64,000 bases of DNA from Balanoglossus misakiensis (taxonomy: Eukaryota; Animalia; Hemichordata). Below are positions 12,207-24,763 of this stretch, piece by piece. The DNA lies in contig CM082588.2 in assembly GCA_040954595.2 (NCBI GenBank), forward strand, positions 11,020,844-11,084,843. The letters run 5' to 3'. Below the pieces are notes generated by a model. The model had not been told where the DNA came from. It searched no databases and was given only the letters and a program-made list of their open reading frames with translations. Made by a program: the position numbers and the translations under genes. How positions within the stretch are numbered: position 1 is the stretch's first letter; every line of letters starts with the position of its first letter.

Positions 12207-15200
12207 CCAGAGCACACAGTAACCAGGCCATAGTGGACAGTGTTCTGCCCATTAATTTTGAGTGTTTGGTGGGGTCAACATTTGCGTCAACATTAACCAG
12301 AGCACACAGTAACCAGGCCGTAGTGGACAGTGTTCTGCCCATTAATTTTGAGTGTTTGGTGGGGTCAACCTTTGCGTCAACATTAACTAGGCCAGAGTGG
12401 CCAGTATCGTGCCCATTAATTTTGAGTGTTTGGTGGGGTCAACCTTTGCGTCAACATTAACTAGGCCAGAGTGGCCAGTATCATGCCCATTAATTTTGAG
12501 TGTTTGGTGGGGTCAACCTTTGCGTCAACATTAACTAGGCCAGAGTGGCCAGTATCCTGCCCATTAATTTTGAGTGTTTGGTGGGGTCAACCTTTGCATC
12601 AACATTAACCAGGCCAGAGTGGCCAGTGTCGTGCCCATTAATTTTGAGTTTTTGGTGGGGTCAACCTTGGCATCAACATTAACTAGGCCAGAGTGGCCAG
12701 TATCGTGCCCATTAATTTTGAGTGTTTGGTGGGGTCAACCTTTGCGTCAACATTAACTAGGCCAGAGTGGCCAGTATCGTGCCCATTAATTTTGAGTGTT
12801 TGGTGGGGGTCAACCTTTGCGTCAACATTAACCAGAGCACACAGTAACCAGGCCGTAGTGGACAGTGTTCTGCCCATTAATTTTGAGTGTTTGGTGGGGT
12901 CAACCTTTGCGTCAACATTAACTAGGCCAGAGTGGCCAGTATCGTGCCCATTAATTTTGTGTGTTTGGTGGGGTCAACCTTTGCGTCAACATTAACTAGG
13001 CCAGAGTGGCCAGTATCATGCCCATTAATTTTGAGTGTTTGGTGGGGTCAACCTTTGCGTCAACATTAACTAGGCCAGAGTGGCCAGTATCCTGCCCATT
13101 AATTTTGAGTGTTTGGTGGGGTCAACCTTTGCATCAACATTAACCAGGCCAGAGTGGCCAGTGTCATGCCCATTAATTTTGAGTTTTTGGTGGGGTCAAC
13201 CTTGGCATCAACATTAACTAGGCCAGAGTGGCCAGTATCGTGCCCATTAATTTTGAGTGTTTGGTGGGGTCAACCTTTGCGTCAACATTAACTAGGCCAG
13301 AGTGGCCAGTATCGTGCCCATTAATTTTGAGTGTTTGGTGGGGGTCAACCTTTGCGTCAACATTAACCAGAGCACACAGTAACCAGGCCGTAGTGGACAG
13401 TGTTCTGCCCATTAATTTTGAGTGTTTGGTGGGGTCAACCTTTGCGTCAACATTAACCAGAGCACACAGTAACCAGGCCTTAGTGGACAGTGTGCTGCCC
13501 ATTAATTTTGAGTGTTTGGTGGGGTCAACCTTTGCGTCAACATTAACCAGAGCACACAGTAACCAGGCCATAGTGGACAGTGTTCTGCCCATTAATTTTG
13601 AGTGTTTGGTGGGGTCAACCTTTGCGTCAACATTAACCAGAGCACACAGTAACCAGGCCGTAGTGGACAGTGTTCTGCCCATTAATTTTGAGTGTTTGGT
13701 GGGGTCAACCTTTGCGTCAACATTAACCAGAGCACACAGTAACCAGGCCGTAGTGGACAGTGTTCTGCCCATTAATTTTGAGTGTTTGGTGGGGTCAACC
13801 TTTGCGTCAACATTAACCAGAGCACACAGTAACCAGGCCGTAGTGGACAGTGTTCTGCCCATTAATTTTGAGTGTTTGGTGGGGTCAACCTTTGCGTCAA
13901 CATTAACCAGAGCACACAGTAACCAGGCCGTAGTGGACAGTGTTCTGCCCATTAATTTTGAGTGTTTGGTGGGGTCAACCTTTGCGTCAACATTAACCAG
14001 AGCACACAGTAACCAGGCCATAGTGGACAGTATGCTGCCCATTGATTTTGAGTGTTTGGTGGCGTCAACCTTTGCGTCAACATTAACCAGAGCACACAAT
14101 AACCAGGCCGTAGTGGACAGTGTTCTGCCCATTAATTTTGAGTGTTTGGTGGGGTCAACCTTTGCGTCAACATTAACCAGAGCACACAGTAACCAGGCCA
14201 TAGTGGACAGTGTTCTGCCCATTAATTTTGAGTGTTTGGTGGGGTCAACCTTTGCGTCAACATTAACCAGAGCACACAGTAACCAGGCCGTAGTGGACAG
14301 TGTGCTGCCCATTAATTTTGAGTGTTTGGTGGGGTCAACCTTTGCGTCAACATTAACTAGGCCAGAGTGGCCAGTATCGTGCCCATTAATTTTGAGTGTT
14401 TGGTGGGGGTCAACCTTTGCGTCAACATTAACTAGGCCAGAGTGGCCAGTATCCTGCCCATTAATTTTGAGTGTTTGGTGGGGTCAACCTTTGCATCAAC
14501 ATTAACCAGAGCACACAGTAACCAGGCCATAGTGGACAGTGTTCTGCCCATTAATTTTGAGTGTTTGGTGGGGTCAACCTTTGCATCAACATTAACCAGA
14601 GCACACAGTAACCAGGCCGTAGTGGACAGTGTGCTGCCCATTAATTTTGAGTGTTTGGTGGGGTCAACCTTTGCGTCAACATTAACCAGAGCACACAGTA
14701 ACCAGGCCATAGTGGACAGTATGCTGCCCATTGATTTTGAGTGTTTGGTGGGGTCAACCTTTGCGTCAACATTAACTAGGCCAGAGTGGCCAGTATCGTG
14801 CCCATTAATTTTGAGTGTTTGGTGGGGGTCAACCTTTGCGTCAACATTAACCAGAGCACACAGTAACCAGGCCGTAGTGGACAGTGTTCTGCCCATTAAT
14901 TTTGAGTGTTTGGTGGGGTCAACCTTTGCGTCAACATTAACCAGAGCACACAGTAACCAGGCCTTAGTGGACAGTGTGCTGCCCATTAATTTTGAGTGTT
15001 TGGTGGGGTCAACCTTTGCGTCAACATTAACCAGAGCACACAGTAACCAGGCCATAGTGGACAGTGTTCTGCCCATTAATTTTGAGTGTTTGGTGGGGTC
15101 AACCTTTGCGTCAACATTAACCAGAGCACACAGTAACCAGGCCGTAGTGGACAGTGTTCTGCCCATTAATTTTGAGTGTTTGGTGGGGTCAACCTTTGCG

Positions 15201-17010
15201 TCAACATTAACCAGAGCACACAGTAACCAGGCCGTAGTGGACAGTGTTCTGCCCATTAATTTTGAGTGTTTGGTGGGGTCAACCTTTGCGTCAACATTAA
15301 CCAGAGCACACAGTAACCAGGCCATAGTGGACAGTGTTCTGCCCATTAATTTTGAGTGTTTGGTGGGGTCAACCTTTGCGTCAACATTAACCAGAGCACA
15401 CAGTAACCAGGCCGTAGTGGACAGTGTTCTGCCCATTAATTTTGAGTGTTTGGTGGGGTCAACCTTTGCGTCAACATTAACCAGAGCACACAGTAACCAG
15501 GCCGTAGTGGACAGTGTTCTGCCCATTAATTTTGAGTGTTTGGTGGGGTCAACCTTTGCGTCAACATTAACCAGAGCACACAGTAACCAGGCCATAGTGG
15601 ACAGTATGCTGCCCATTGATTTTGAGTGTTTGGTGGGGTCAACCTTTGCGTCAACATTAACCAGAGCACACAGTAACCAGGCCATAGTGGACAGTGTTCT
15701 GCCCATTAATTTTGAGTGTTTGGTGGGGTCAACCTTTGCGTCAACATTAACCAGAGCACACAGTAACCAGGCCGTAGTGGACAGTGTGCTGCCCATTAAT
15801 TTTGAGTGTTTGGTGGGGTCAACCTTTGCGTCAACATTAACTAGGCCAGAGTGGCCAGTATCGTGCCCATTAATTTTGAGTGTTTGGTGGGGGTCAACCT
15901 TTGCGTCAACATTAACTAGGCCAGAGTGGCCAGTATCCTGCCCATTAATTTTGAGTGTTTGGTGGGGTCAACCTTTGCGTCAACATTAACCAGAGCACAC
16001 AGTAACCAGGCCGTAGTGGACAGTGTTCTGCCCATTAATTTTGAGTGTTTGGTGGGGTCAACCTTTGCGTCAACATTAACCAGAGCACACAGTAACCAGG
16101 CCATAGTGGACAGTATGCTGCCCATTGATTTTGAGTGTTTGGTGGCGTCAACCTTTGCGTCAACATTAACCAGAGCACACAATAACCAGGCCGTAGTGGA
16201 CAGTGTTCTGCCCATTAATTTTGAGTGTTTGGTGGGGTCAACCTTTGCGTCAACATTAACCAGAGCACACAATAACCAGGCCGTAGTGGACAGTGTTCTG
16301 CCCATTAATTTTGAGTGTTTGGTGGGGTCAACCTTTGCGTCAACATTAACCAGAGCACACAGTAACCAGGCCATAGTGGACAGTGTTCTGCCCATTAATT
16401 TTGAGTGTTTGGTGGGGTCAACCTTTGCGTCAACATTAACCAGAGCACACAGTAACCAGGCCGTAGTGGACAGTGTGCTGCCCATTAATTTTGAGTGTTT
16501 GGTGGGGTCAACCTTTGCGTCAACATTAAGCAGGCCAGACAGTAACCAGGCCAGAGTGGACAGTATCCTGCCTATTAATTTTGAGTGATTTGTGGGTCAA
16601 TTTGATCAAATACTGCCTACCGCTGGCACTGCATATTTGAAGAAATGTGAAAAGATGGCAAGACAGGTTTGGTAAATGTGGGCCCCCTAACTGAAGCAAA
16701 AGCACAAACTTAAAACAAAGATATGAATTTGGAAGAGTTTTATTTATTACATATGAAAAATAATGAAGACTTATGCTTCAAAGTAAGTATCGACGGAGTC
16801 GAACCGCCAATGCTGCAATGGCATTATACCCATAATACTTTTTTGCTTTTTGCATGAATTTCATTATTTTTCATATGCTGTGCAGCTAAAGTGTGGCTAG
16901 ATGGCTAACTGCTGATGTAAAATATCTTGCATACCAATTTGGAACAATTACCCCAAGTAGTGGTCAAACAGAAACAATGCTTGCATTCAATTTAAAACAA
17001 GGTGACAAAA

Positions 17011-17117
17011 GTGGTTGAAATGAAACAATAAGCAAAAACAGTGTTTATCAAACTGAAATAATGTGGTCGAAATGAAACAATGAGCAAAAACAGTGTTTAT
17101 CAAACTGAAATAATGTG
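17011..17117. repeat. Two-copy tandem duplication, ~53 bp
   Basis: GTGGT(T/C)GAAATGAAACAAT..GCAAAAACAGTGTTTATCAAACTGAAATAATGTG occurs twice. Confidence 0.85.
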
Positions 17118-17544
17118 CCAAAATAGCTCCTGTTGATATTGCACAAAATTAACTGTTGCATTCTACCCTTGAGTTAATTTTTATTTCCAGGCAATTATGT
17201 GCTTAATACTAAATATTATCTATGGGTACAAACCATCAGTTTCTTAAGTGCAAATCGCAAGAAGCTCCCCCATACAATTTTAGTGTTTTTTTAAATCAAG
17301 CAAGATAATTACATACTGTGTGATAAACTAACTAACTTTACGCGCCTGGGGACAGTTAAAAACCTCGAGCCAAATATAAAATGAGGAAAAACTGCCCCCT
17401 CCCCCGTTGTGAATTTTAAAAGGTTGGGGCTCAAACTAACCAGAATTGTCTTGCCGACTCCTATTTTTCTGTGTACATTTTGATGTATTGTTGTTACGCG
17501 AGATTGAGGATTCGTGTTGATGCGGGAATTACGATGACGAAAGC

Positions 17545-17742
17545 AAAAAATCCATCGGCGAATCAAACGGGCACACGGCGAAATTCCATTACACGACGAT
17601 CCAACTGCGATGAAGAACGCGAACGCGGGTAACGTTGTAAAAAATCCATCGGCGAATCAAACGGGCACACGGCGAAATTCCATTACATGACGAGCGACCT
17701 GCAATGAAGAACGCGAACGCGGGTAACGCTGCAAAAAATCCG
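17545..17742. repeat. CpG-rich tandem duplication, ~94-bp unit x2
   Basis: AAAAAATCCATCGGCGAATCAAACGGGCACACGGCGAAATTCCATTACA...GAAGAACGCGAACGCGGGTAACG occurs twice. Confidence 0.9.
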
Positions 17743-18165
17743 CAGACAATTATTACACGAATGCATAGCAACAATTATTTTACCCAACCTGACACTAATA
17801 AATTACCCAATGATTTTAAATTTCTTATTATTACACCCCAACTAATCATTATACCTTTGTAATATTAACACCGTTTATACACATCCCATAATGTTTATAC
17901 CATCAAGTTAATACCATTTTATTATTATTATACCACCAAAACCATGTGTTACCCATTTTTTTTATTATTACACCATTGATGTTAACATCTTTATATATTA
18001 TACCGGTATTTACCCTCTGTACATGTACAGTTTTTATTTACCACGTGGCATTACTCATGTTTTTATAGTATTTTAATTACTTATCATACCCTTGAAACCA
18101 TAATATTATACCCTTGCAGACAGTTTTATTATAGTACCCTTGTGCACAATGTCTTATTAGTCATC

Positions 18166-18342
18166 ATACACCAACCCTTCACCATTTCATTAGATTATAC
18201 CATTTTTATTAGCCTAACCTGTTTATACACCAACCCTTCACCATTCCGTTAGATTATACCATTTTTTATTACCCTAACATATTCATACACCAACCCTTTA
18301 CCATTCCCTCAGATTAAACCATTTTTATTAGCCTAACCTATT
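18166..18342. repeat. ~59-bp minisatellite x3
   Basis: ATACACCAACCCTT(C/T)ACCATT...AGATTA(T/A)ACCATTTTTATTA(G/C)CCTAAC occurs three times. Confidence 0.85.
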
Positions 18343-18524
18343 GACAGCATCCCTCTGGTTTTGATATTGTTATCTGGTGCGGCGTTGTTGTAGATATTGA
18401 TTAGACTCCCTCCGGCGATGATAATACCAATGAACCTATTGAAAAAAAAGAATGAATATTATTTATTAGATCAGATCAACAAATCATGGCGTCGTTCATC
18501 CCTCTGGTCACAGGAGCATCATCT

Positions 18525-19240
18525 GGCGTCGTTACAGGTTTAAGTTCATCCCTCCAGTACAGTATAAGGTGGCGGCGTCGTTACAAGTATTAAGTTCATC
18601 TCTCCAGTACAGTATTAGGTGGCGGCGGCGTTACAAGTATTAACTTCATCTTTCCAGTACAGTATTAGGTGGCGGCGTCGTTACAAGTATTAACTTCATC
18701 TCTCCAGTACAGTATTAGGTGGCGGCGTCGTTACAAGTTTAAGTTCATCCCTCCAGTACAGTATTAGGTGGCGGCGTCGTTACAAGTATTAACTTCATCT
18801 CTCCAGTACAGTATTAGGTGGCGGCGTCGTTACAAGTATTAACTTCATCTCTCCAGTACAGTATTAGGTGGCGGCGTCGTTACAAGTATTAACTTCATCT
18901 CTCCAGTACAGTATTAGGTGGCGGCGTCGTTACAAGTATTAACTTCATCTCTCCAGTACAGTATTAGGTGGCGGCGTCGTTACAAGTATTAACTTCATCT
19001 CTCCAGTACAGTATTAGGTGGCGGCGTTGTTACAAGTATTAACTTCATCTCTCCAGTACAGTATTAGGTGGCGGCGTCGTTACAAGTATTAAGTTCATCT
19101 CTCCAGTACAGTATTAGGTGGCGGCGTCGTTACAAGTATTAACTTCATCTCTCCAGTACAGTATTAGGTGGCGGCGTCGTTACAAGTTTAAGTTCATACC
19201 TCCAGTACAGTATTAGGTGGCGACGTCGTTACAAATATTA
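18525..19240. repeat. 50-bp minisatellite, ~14 copies
   Basis: Unit AACTTCATCTCTCCAGTACAGTATTAGGTGGCGGCGTCGTTACAAGTATT. Confidence 0.95.
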
Positions 19241-20011
19241 CACTCCCTCCAGCAGCAGTGTTACCAAAGAACCTAATGTAAAAAAAGAATGAAATTATTT
19301 TAATAATCTGATTAGGTCAAGTCATCATATTGATAAAGAAAACGACAAGAAGAAATCATTTAAAAATTAACGCTGCCAGCACCATTGGTTGGGCCCAAAC
19401 GGTTCCCATGGTTACCAGGGTATGCCAAGGCTGTATTCTGCTGTGAATACCAAGATATATGAAAGCTGGTCAAAGGTTACCCCAGGGTCATTGAAAATCG
19501 CAAAAAATAGCGTCAAGGACACTGTGGTCTCATTTAGTGATTACACTAGAAAAAGTCTACACAGGAGTACAGACAGACAGACACACACATAGAGAGGCAA
19601 TAAAATATGATGCCCCCCCAGCCCCGAAAACATCTTGATCTTATGTATGCTGGCCTGGTACAATAGACAAACCAGCCAATTAATGAAAATTTTGTACAAA
19701 TACAGAGCTCAAAGTTGCATTTTAGTGAGCCCAAAAGCAAATTAACTCAATGTTACGACAAATTTTACTTTTGCCACTCAAAGTTTGCATCGGTGGGGTG
19801 GGATGGCAAGTACTCTTCCCTGATACAATAGACAAACCAGCCAATAAATGAAATGAGGTGAAGAATGAAGGTGAAGAATGAATAACTTTATTTGATTCCA
19901 TTATCTAAACAAACACATCCAATTAACTTCCTACTCAAATTTCAAAGTAATCAGTCATAGGTTTTGTAAATCATCATGAGAAATCACCCTGAAACCAAAT
20001 CAAATCAAAAA

Positions 20012-20309
20012 TCATATAAGCCTAGTCGGGCTCTGCGCTCCAGCTCAAGGAACCAGTTGTGTGTACCAAAGTACAGACTCAAAACATATGGTGGATGTGC
20101 CTTTTCCCTTGTCGCGCCACAACTTTGGAATCTCTGCCATCTGACATTCAACAGGCTTCTAGTCTCAACATTTTCAAACAAAAACTCAAGACATTTCTAT
20201 TTGTCAAAGCCTACGAACACTGATGTTATACTTTCAGCGCCTTTGGAAATAACATTGTTATTGATTCTGGCGCTTTATAAATGTTTGTTTTGATTTGATT
20301 TGATTTGAT
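20012..20309 (+). mobile_element. 5'-truncated LINE 3' end (L2/CR1 group)
   Basis: ORF2 C-terminus YKPSRALRSS..LCVPKYRLKTYGGCAFS..APQLWN, then after a frameshift LPSDIQQASSLNIFKQKLKTFLF. Followed by a 3' UTR stem (AGCGCC..GGCGCT) and a (TTTGA)n tail. Confidence 0.85.
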
Positions 20310-20744
20310 CCCCCAAAAATATACTATTCAATTCATCAAGTTGATTTGAAAAACATACATGCAAATCTTACTTGAGCTACCCCTAACATGACTAACAAAT
20401 TTTAAAGCAATGGAACAAGCGGTTTTAGAGAAAAAAAATTAATTAAACAAGGCTGAAATTGCTCCAAAATTATCAATATGCAAATTTTGCAACATTTCAA
20501 CAAAAGTATTGTAACTCATATCACCTACATGAAGCTTCATACTAAATTTTTTTTACCACAAATGAGGAAAAAGGCAAAAAATGCATAAAATAGAACATTC
20601 AAACTATTAGTTAAAAAAATACAGGATTGTATGTGGTTGACATAAGGTACTTGCATACCAATTGTCAAATCAATCTGTAAATTATCATGAGAACAAACCC
20701 TGAAACCTTCAAATCAAATTTCAAAGCAGTGGGGGTAAAGGGGG

Positions 20745-21361
20745 CACAGTACGATATTTTACCCACAACTCTCCATGATTTGTATCATCGAGATTGTCCA
20801 TTTAATTACTTTCTGTTTTAGATACTAACAATGATATGAAGTACATATAACTGTATTAAGATTTATCTAGAAAAAGTATGTTGAGGAATTAGAGTGAAAA
20901 TTTCAAAATCAAGATTTAAAAGCCATAGAAATCAAAGTATTCATTCATGTACGTCAAATGTCACACTTAGGAGGAAAGAAGCAATGACTAACTGAGGTGG
21001 CCAGTCTCTGTTGAAAGTCAACATGTAAATTTCCATTGTTCTGTCTATAGAAAAAAATCAATATTGTTTTGTTTGATTAAACAAGTGTTTCAAGTGTCCC
21101 TGTTTTACTTCAAACTTTTTTGTATCGGCTGGCTATGCAATTGCTTATTTTATAAAATTTGTATCTCCTCTTTCAATAATGCATGATTTTGTTTATCATT
21201 TGAAATGGTAATTGACAATAAGATTCGCCTTTAAAGCATGCTCTCAAAATTTGTATTAGTGGTCTACAATTTTCTCTACACATGTGAACTTTGCCTGGTT
21301 TGACCGAGTAATCTCTGGTTGTACAAACCAGAGTGATTCATGGGATATTTCACGTACTGTG
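20745..21361. mobile_element. Non-autonomous Transib-like DNA transposon
   Basis: Termini CACAGTACG...CGTACTGTG with further partial TIR match. GGGGG on both sides (20740-44, 21362-66) fits a 5-bp GC-rich TSD. Removing the element restores the host repeat. Confidence 0.65.
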
Positions 21362-22141
21362 GGGGGTTCTGAGAAGAGTTTTGACCAAAAATGGCAAAAA
21401 TCATCCCAAAAATATACTATTCAATTCATCAAGTTGATTTGAAAAACATACATGCAAATCTTACTTGGGCTACCCCTAATATGACTAACAAATTTCAAAG
21501 CAATGTAACAACCGGTTTAAAAAAAAAATTCAAAAACGGCCGAAATTGCTCCAAAATTATGAATATGCAAATTTTGCAACATTTTAACAAAAGTATGCTA
21601 ACTCATATCACCTATATGAAGCTTCATACTAAATTTCAAAGAAGTCGTCTCATCAATTTTAGAAAAGTAGATGTTTTACCAAAAATGAGGAAAAAGGCAA
21701 AAAATGCATAAAAATAGAACATTCAAACTATTCAAAATACAGGACTGTATGTGGTTGACATAAGGTACTTGCATACCAATTGTCAAATCAATCTGACCAG
21801 TGGTTTTGACCAATTTCAAATTTTCCCAGCTAATTTGCATTTATTTAACAATTTCAACTGAATATGGCTGCCAGGTCAAATGACTGATTTGAATTTCAAG
21901 GTGCACACTCATTGGCAAGGACAACTGTGACAAATTCAAGAAGCATAGGTGTGGCAGGTTTTCAGAGCAAGGTGTAAAAAATATCCAGGGAATGGGGCCC
22001 AAGCTCCTAAAAACCCAGCACAATACCAATAGGGACTCATATTACTAACAAAGTGTAAGCCTGTAATAAGTCAAAAGCTGCACATCTTTTTACCACCTCG
22101 TGCCAGTACTAAGCAATAAGACTTTTTATAGAGTTGTTTAA

Positions 22142-22874
22142 GGTGGCACTGCATGAAACCGTCGAGACTTTTTCAGAGGCCTATTTCTCATCAAAGACAA
22201 AGTTTAAACCCCCATAAACCATATATATTCTGGAAGCTGAGATTTTGAACTTTTGTTTGAGTTGCAAATATTATTGATCCCCGGAAATGGTGGCGATTTT
22301 GGGCGAAAAAACCCATTTTTTGATATTATGTCATGAAATTTAAAATAGGTAAAAAAGTTGACCATGCATCATGCATCTTAATATGTCATTCGAAACTAAA
22401 GTACACGTGCAAAAAAACGCTAATTTTGTTTTGCGTTATCTGCTTCCATTGAGGAGTAACAGCGTTTGAAAGTTAGATTTTCTGAAAATTTGATCAAATT
22501 CACGGTGAGTTGTAATGAATCAGAGTTTATTCCCGCCAGGGACACTTTATCGACATACAAAACTAGCGTTTTGTTGGATGGGTCATACACAATTCCCTGT
22601 CAAAATTTGAGCAAATTCGGCCAATGCAGGGCGAAGCTATTTTAGTCCGAAGTTGTCAAAAGCAGCGAAAATGCAAACCGAGAAAAACGGCCATTTGCAT
22701 TGTTGACACCTATTTGTTAAGCTGTGAACTCATTCAGAAAAGTGCTATTTGGGGGTGATTGTGCACCATTTCCGCCAAGACGTATTAGTCAGGATGTGGG
22801 TGAGTATTAGGCCTACCGATTTATGTAAAAAAGTAAAATTTGGCAAAAATCACAACTTTTCATGCAATGCCACC
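22142..22874. mobile_element. Kolobok-like MITE
   Basis: TTAA|GGTGGCACTGCATGAAA ... TTTCATGCAATGCCACC|TTAA: TTAA TSD, RR termini, 17-bp TIR with one mismatch. Confidence 0.85.
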
Positions 22875-24565
22875 TTAATTGTCTCTGCTGATGCCAGAGA
22901 TTGAAAAAGAATCCTACAAGTTAGGATTTTCAGAAACAATGATAGCTATTTCTATTACTGTTTGTAAACAAAAATGTGATGTTCACCGCCTTGTTTTCAG
23001 AAAAGTATTTACATAAATGTTTTTCCATAGAGTTAACACAGACATTGGCAGCCATCTTGAATTTCAAAAACTGCAACAATATCTCCAATGCAACAAATCT
23101 GCAAATTGTACTATTTGACACCTGACTTAGGTCAAGGGGTTTCAGAGATGATGACTACTCTTCAGACTCAGACAAAATAATAATGCAATATTCAGCGGAA
23201 TTTCAAAAGCATTGACTAAGATCACCAAGGGACAATTCATACCAAAGATCAAAACAATTAGACGTACCTATTTTAAAGATCATTATGAAAACTTTACAGA
23301 TTCGGTTATAATGTAAATAAAAGTAGATCACCCCTGTGGCAATCAGACATGCATATTCTGACAAGATTTTTTGTTTGTACAAAAAGGCAACTGTCTCCAA
23401 AATACAAAATTACAGATTATGTCACATACCTCAGGGAGATCAATACTAAATTTCAGAGAAAATTTCCCCCCAAATATGCAAATTTCACCATATTTTGAAG
23501 AAACAACTTGTGTCATACCTAGAAACCTGCATAGTCAAAGTAATCTACGAGCTTAGCTTTTTTCTTCCAAAAACAGCAAAAAACTTGTTCCAAACTACAA
23601 ATATGCAGAATTCAACACAATTTGAACACACATTACTTCGCCACCCCAAGAAACCTGCACACCAATTTTAAAAGCACTTGCGCCAGTGATTTCAGAAAAG
23701 AAAAATGTTGACAGACATAGGATGACTGAACATCTATCTACCTGTCAGATAACTTTTGCAGTGCTGAGAGCAGAGCTAGAGATTGGTGTTGTCTTTTTAC
23801 ATTTTAAATCATCACACTTTGCTACTCAAAGCTACTATTCTGCTATGCTTGAGAAATGACTTGGGACCATTTTTGGCAAACAATAGTCACTAATCTTCCT
23901 CAGTTTATAGTACAATGTACCTACACTGTTTTAGTAATGTACTGAAAATGTTCAGACTATTTCTTGTGTCTGCATATGTCTTTAGTACAGAAGAATAATC
24001 TATCCGGTTGTCATTTCTCTGTTTATTCAGAAATAAACTAGTCTGGGTTGCAACAGTAAAAATTTTAAAATATTCATACCCTTTCTGAAGGATGTTCAAA
24101 ACCAATACCTATGTGAAGCATTATATCAAATTTGCTGGGTAACTGTGGATTTATAACTTTTGCTAATTACAGTGCTAACTCACACTGGATGATTCGACGG
24201 TAATTTTAGATTCATATGAAGATTTTTTACCAATAATGTTGAAAAATACAAACAAATGCATCAAAAATAGAAAATCAAAATTAGCTCAAAACATACAGGA
24301 CTGTATGAGGTAGGCATAAGGTACTTGCATACCAATTTCCAAATCAATCTGACCAGCAGTTGTTGAATTTTGCGAGTTTTGACCAATTTCACATTTTCCA
24401 GCTAATTTGCATATATTTGGTAATGACATTTTCATGTTAACAAACTCCAATCTACAGCCCAGCCTGCATCTGCACACCAAATATCGAGGTGATATGCACA
24501 ACGGTTTTCAAGTTTTAGATGTGGACGGACATACAGACATACATCCATACAAACAGACAGACATA

Positions 24566-24763
24566 CTGTAAAACACTTTATTTTCGCGAGCAATTAATTT
24601 TCGCCAAATACGCGAGAGCCAAAATAACGTGAAAATAAAAAGTCGCGTAAATTGTTTTTGAAGATAACGATGCAGTGAATGAAATAAGAGAACGCGAAAA
24701 TTAATACTCGCGAAACAGTGGCCTCTCTCGATATCGCGAAAAATTTAACTCGCGAAAATACAG
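24566..24763. mobile_element. Tc1/mariner-like MITE inserted in an ACAT microsatellite
   Basis: TA|CTGTA...TACAG|TA with internal inverted TTTTCGCGAG / CTCGCGAAAA motifs. Confidence 0.7.

Larger units (their letters stand above)
1..16600. repeat. Tandem satellite array: 90-bp monomer (ACCAGAGCACACAGTAACCAGGCCGTAGTGGACAGTGTTCTGCCCATTAATTTTGAGTGTTTGGTGGGGTCAACCTTTGCGTCAACATTA) mixed with a 74/75-bp variant
   Basis: Roughly 170 near-identical head-to-tail units. The short variant lacks 16 bp (period 74 between 1799 and 1873). The array continues off the left edge and decays at about 16530-16600. Confidence 0.98.

Noticed and set aside
1-16600. CRISPR array or repeat-protein gene
   Set aside because: There are no unique spacers or cas genes; frames are broken by 74/91-bp units and MITEs; no gene structure is visible.
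16785-16812. tRNA or SINE B-box (GGTTCGACTCC) on the minus strand
   Set aside because: No convincing A-box or cloverleaf.
23790-24110. Possible decayed minus-strand exons
   Set aside because: AG acceptors are present, but the frames contain stops and no motif is recognisable.
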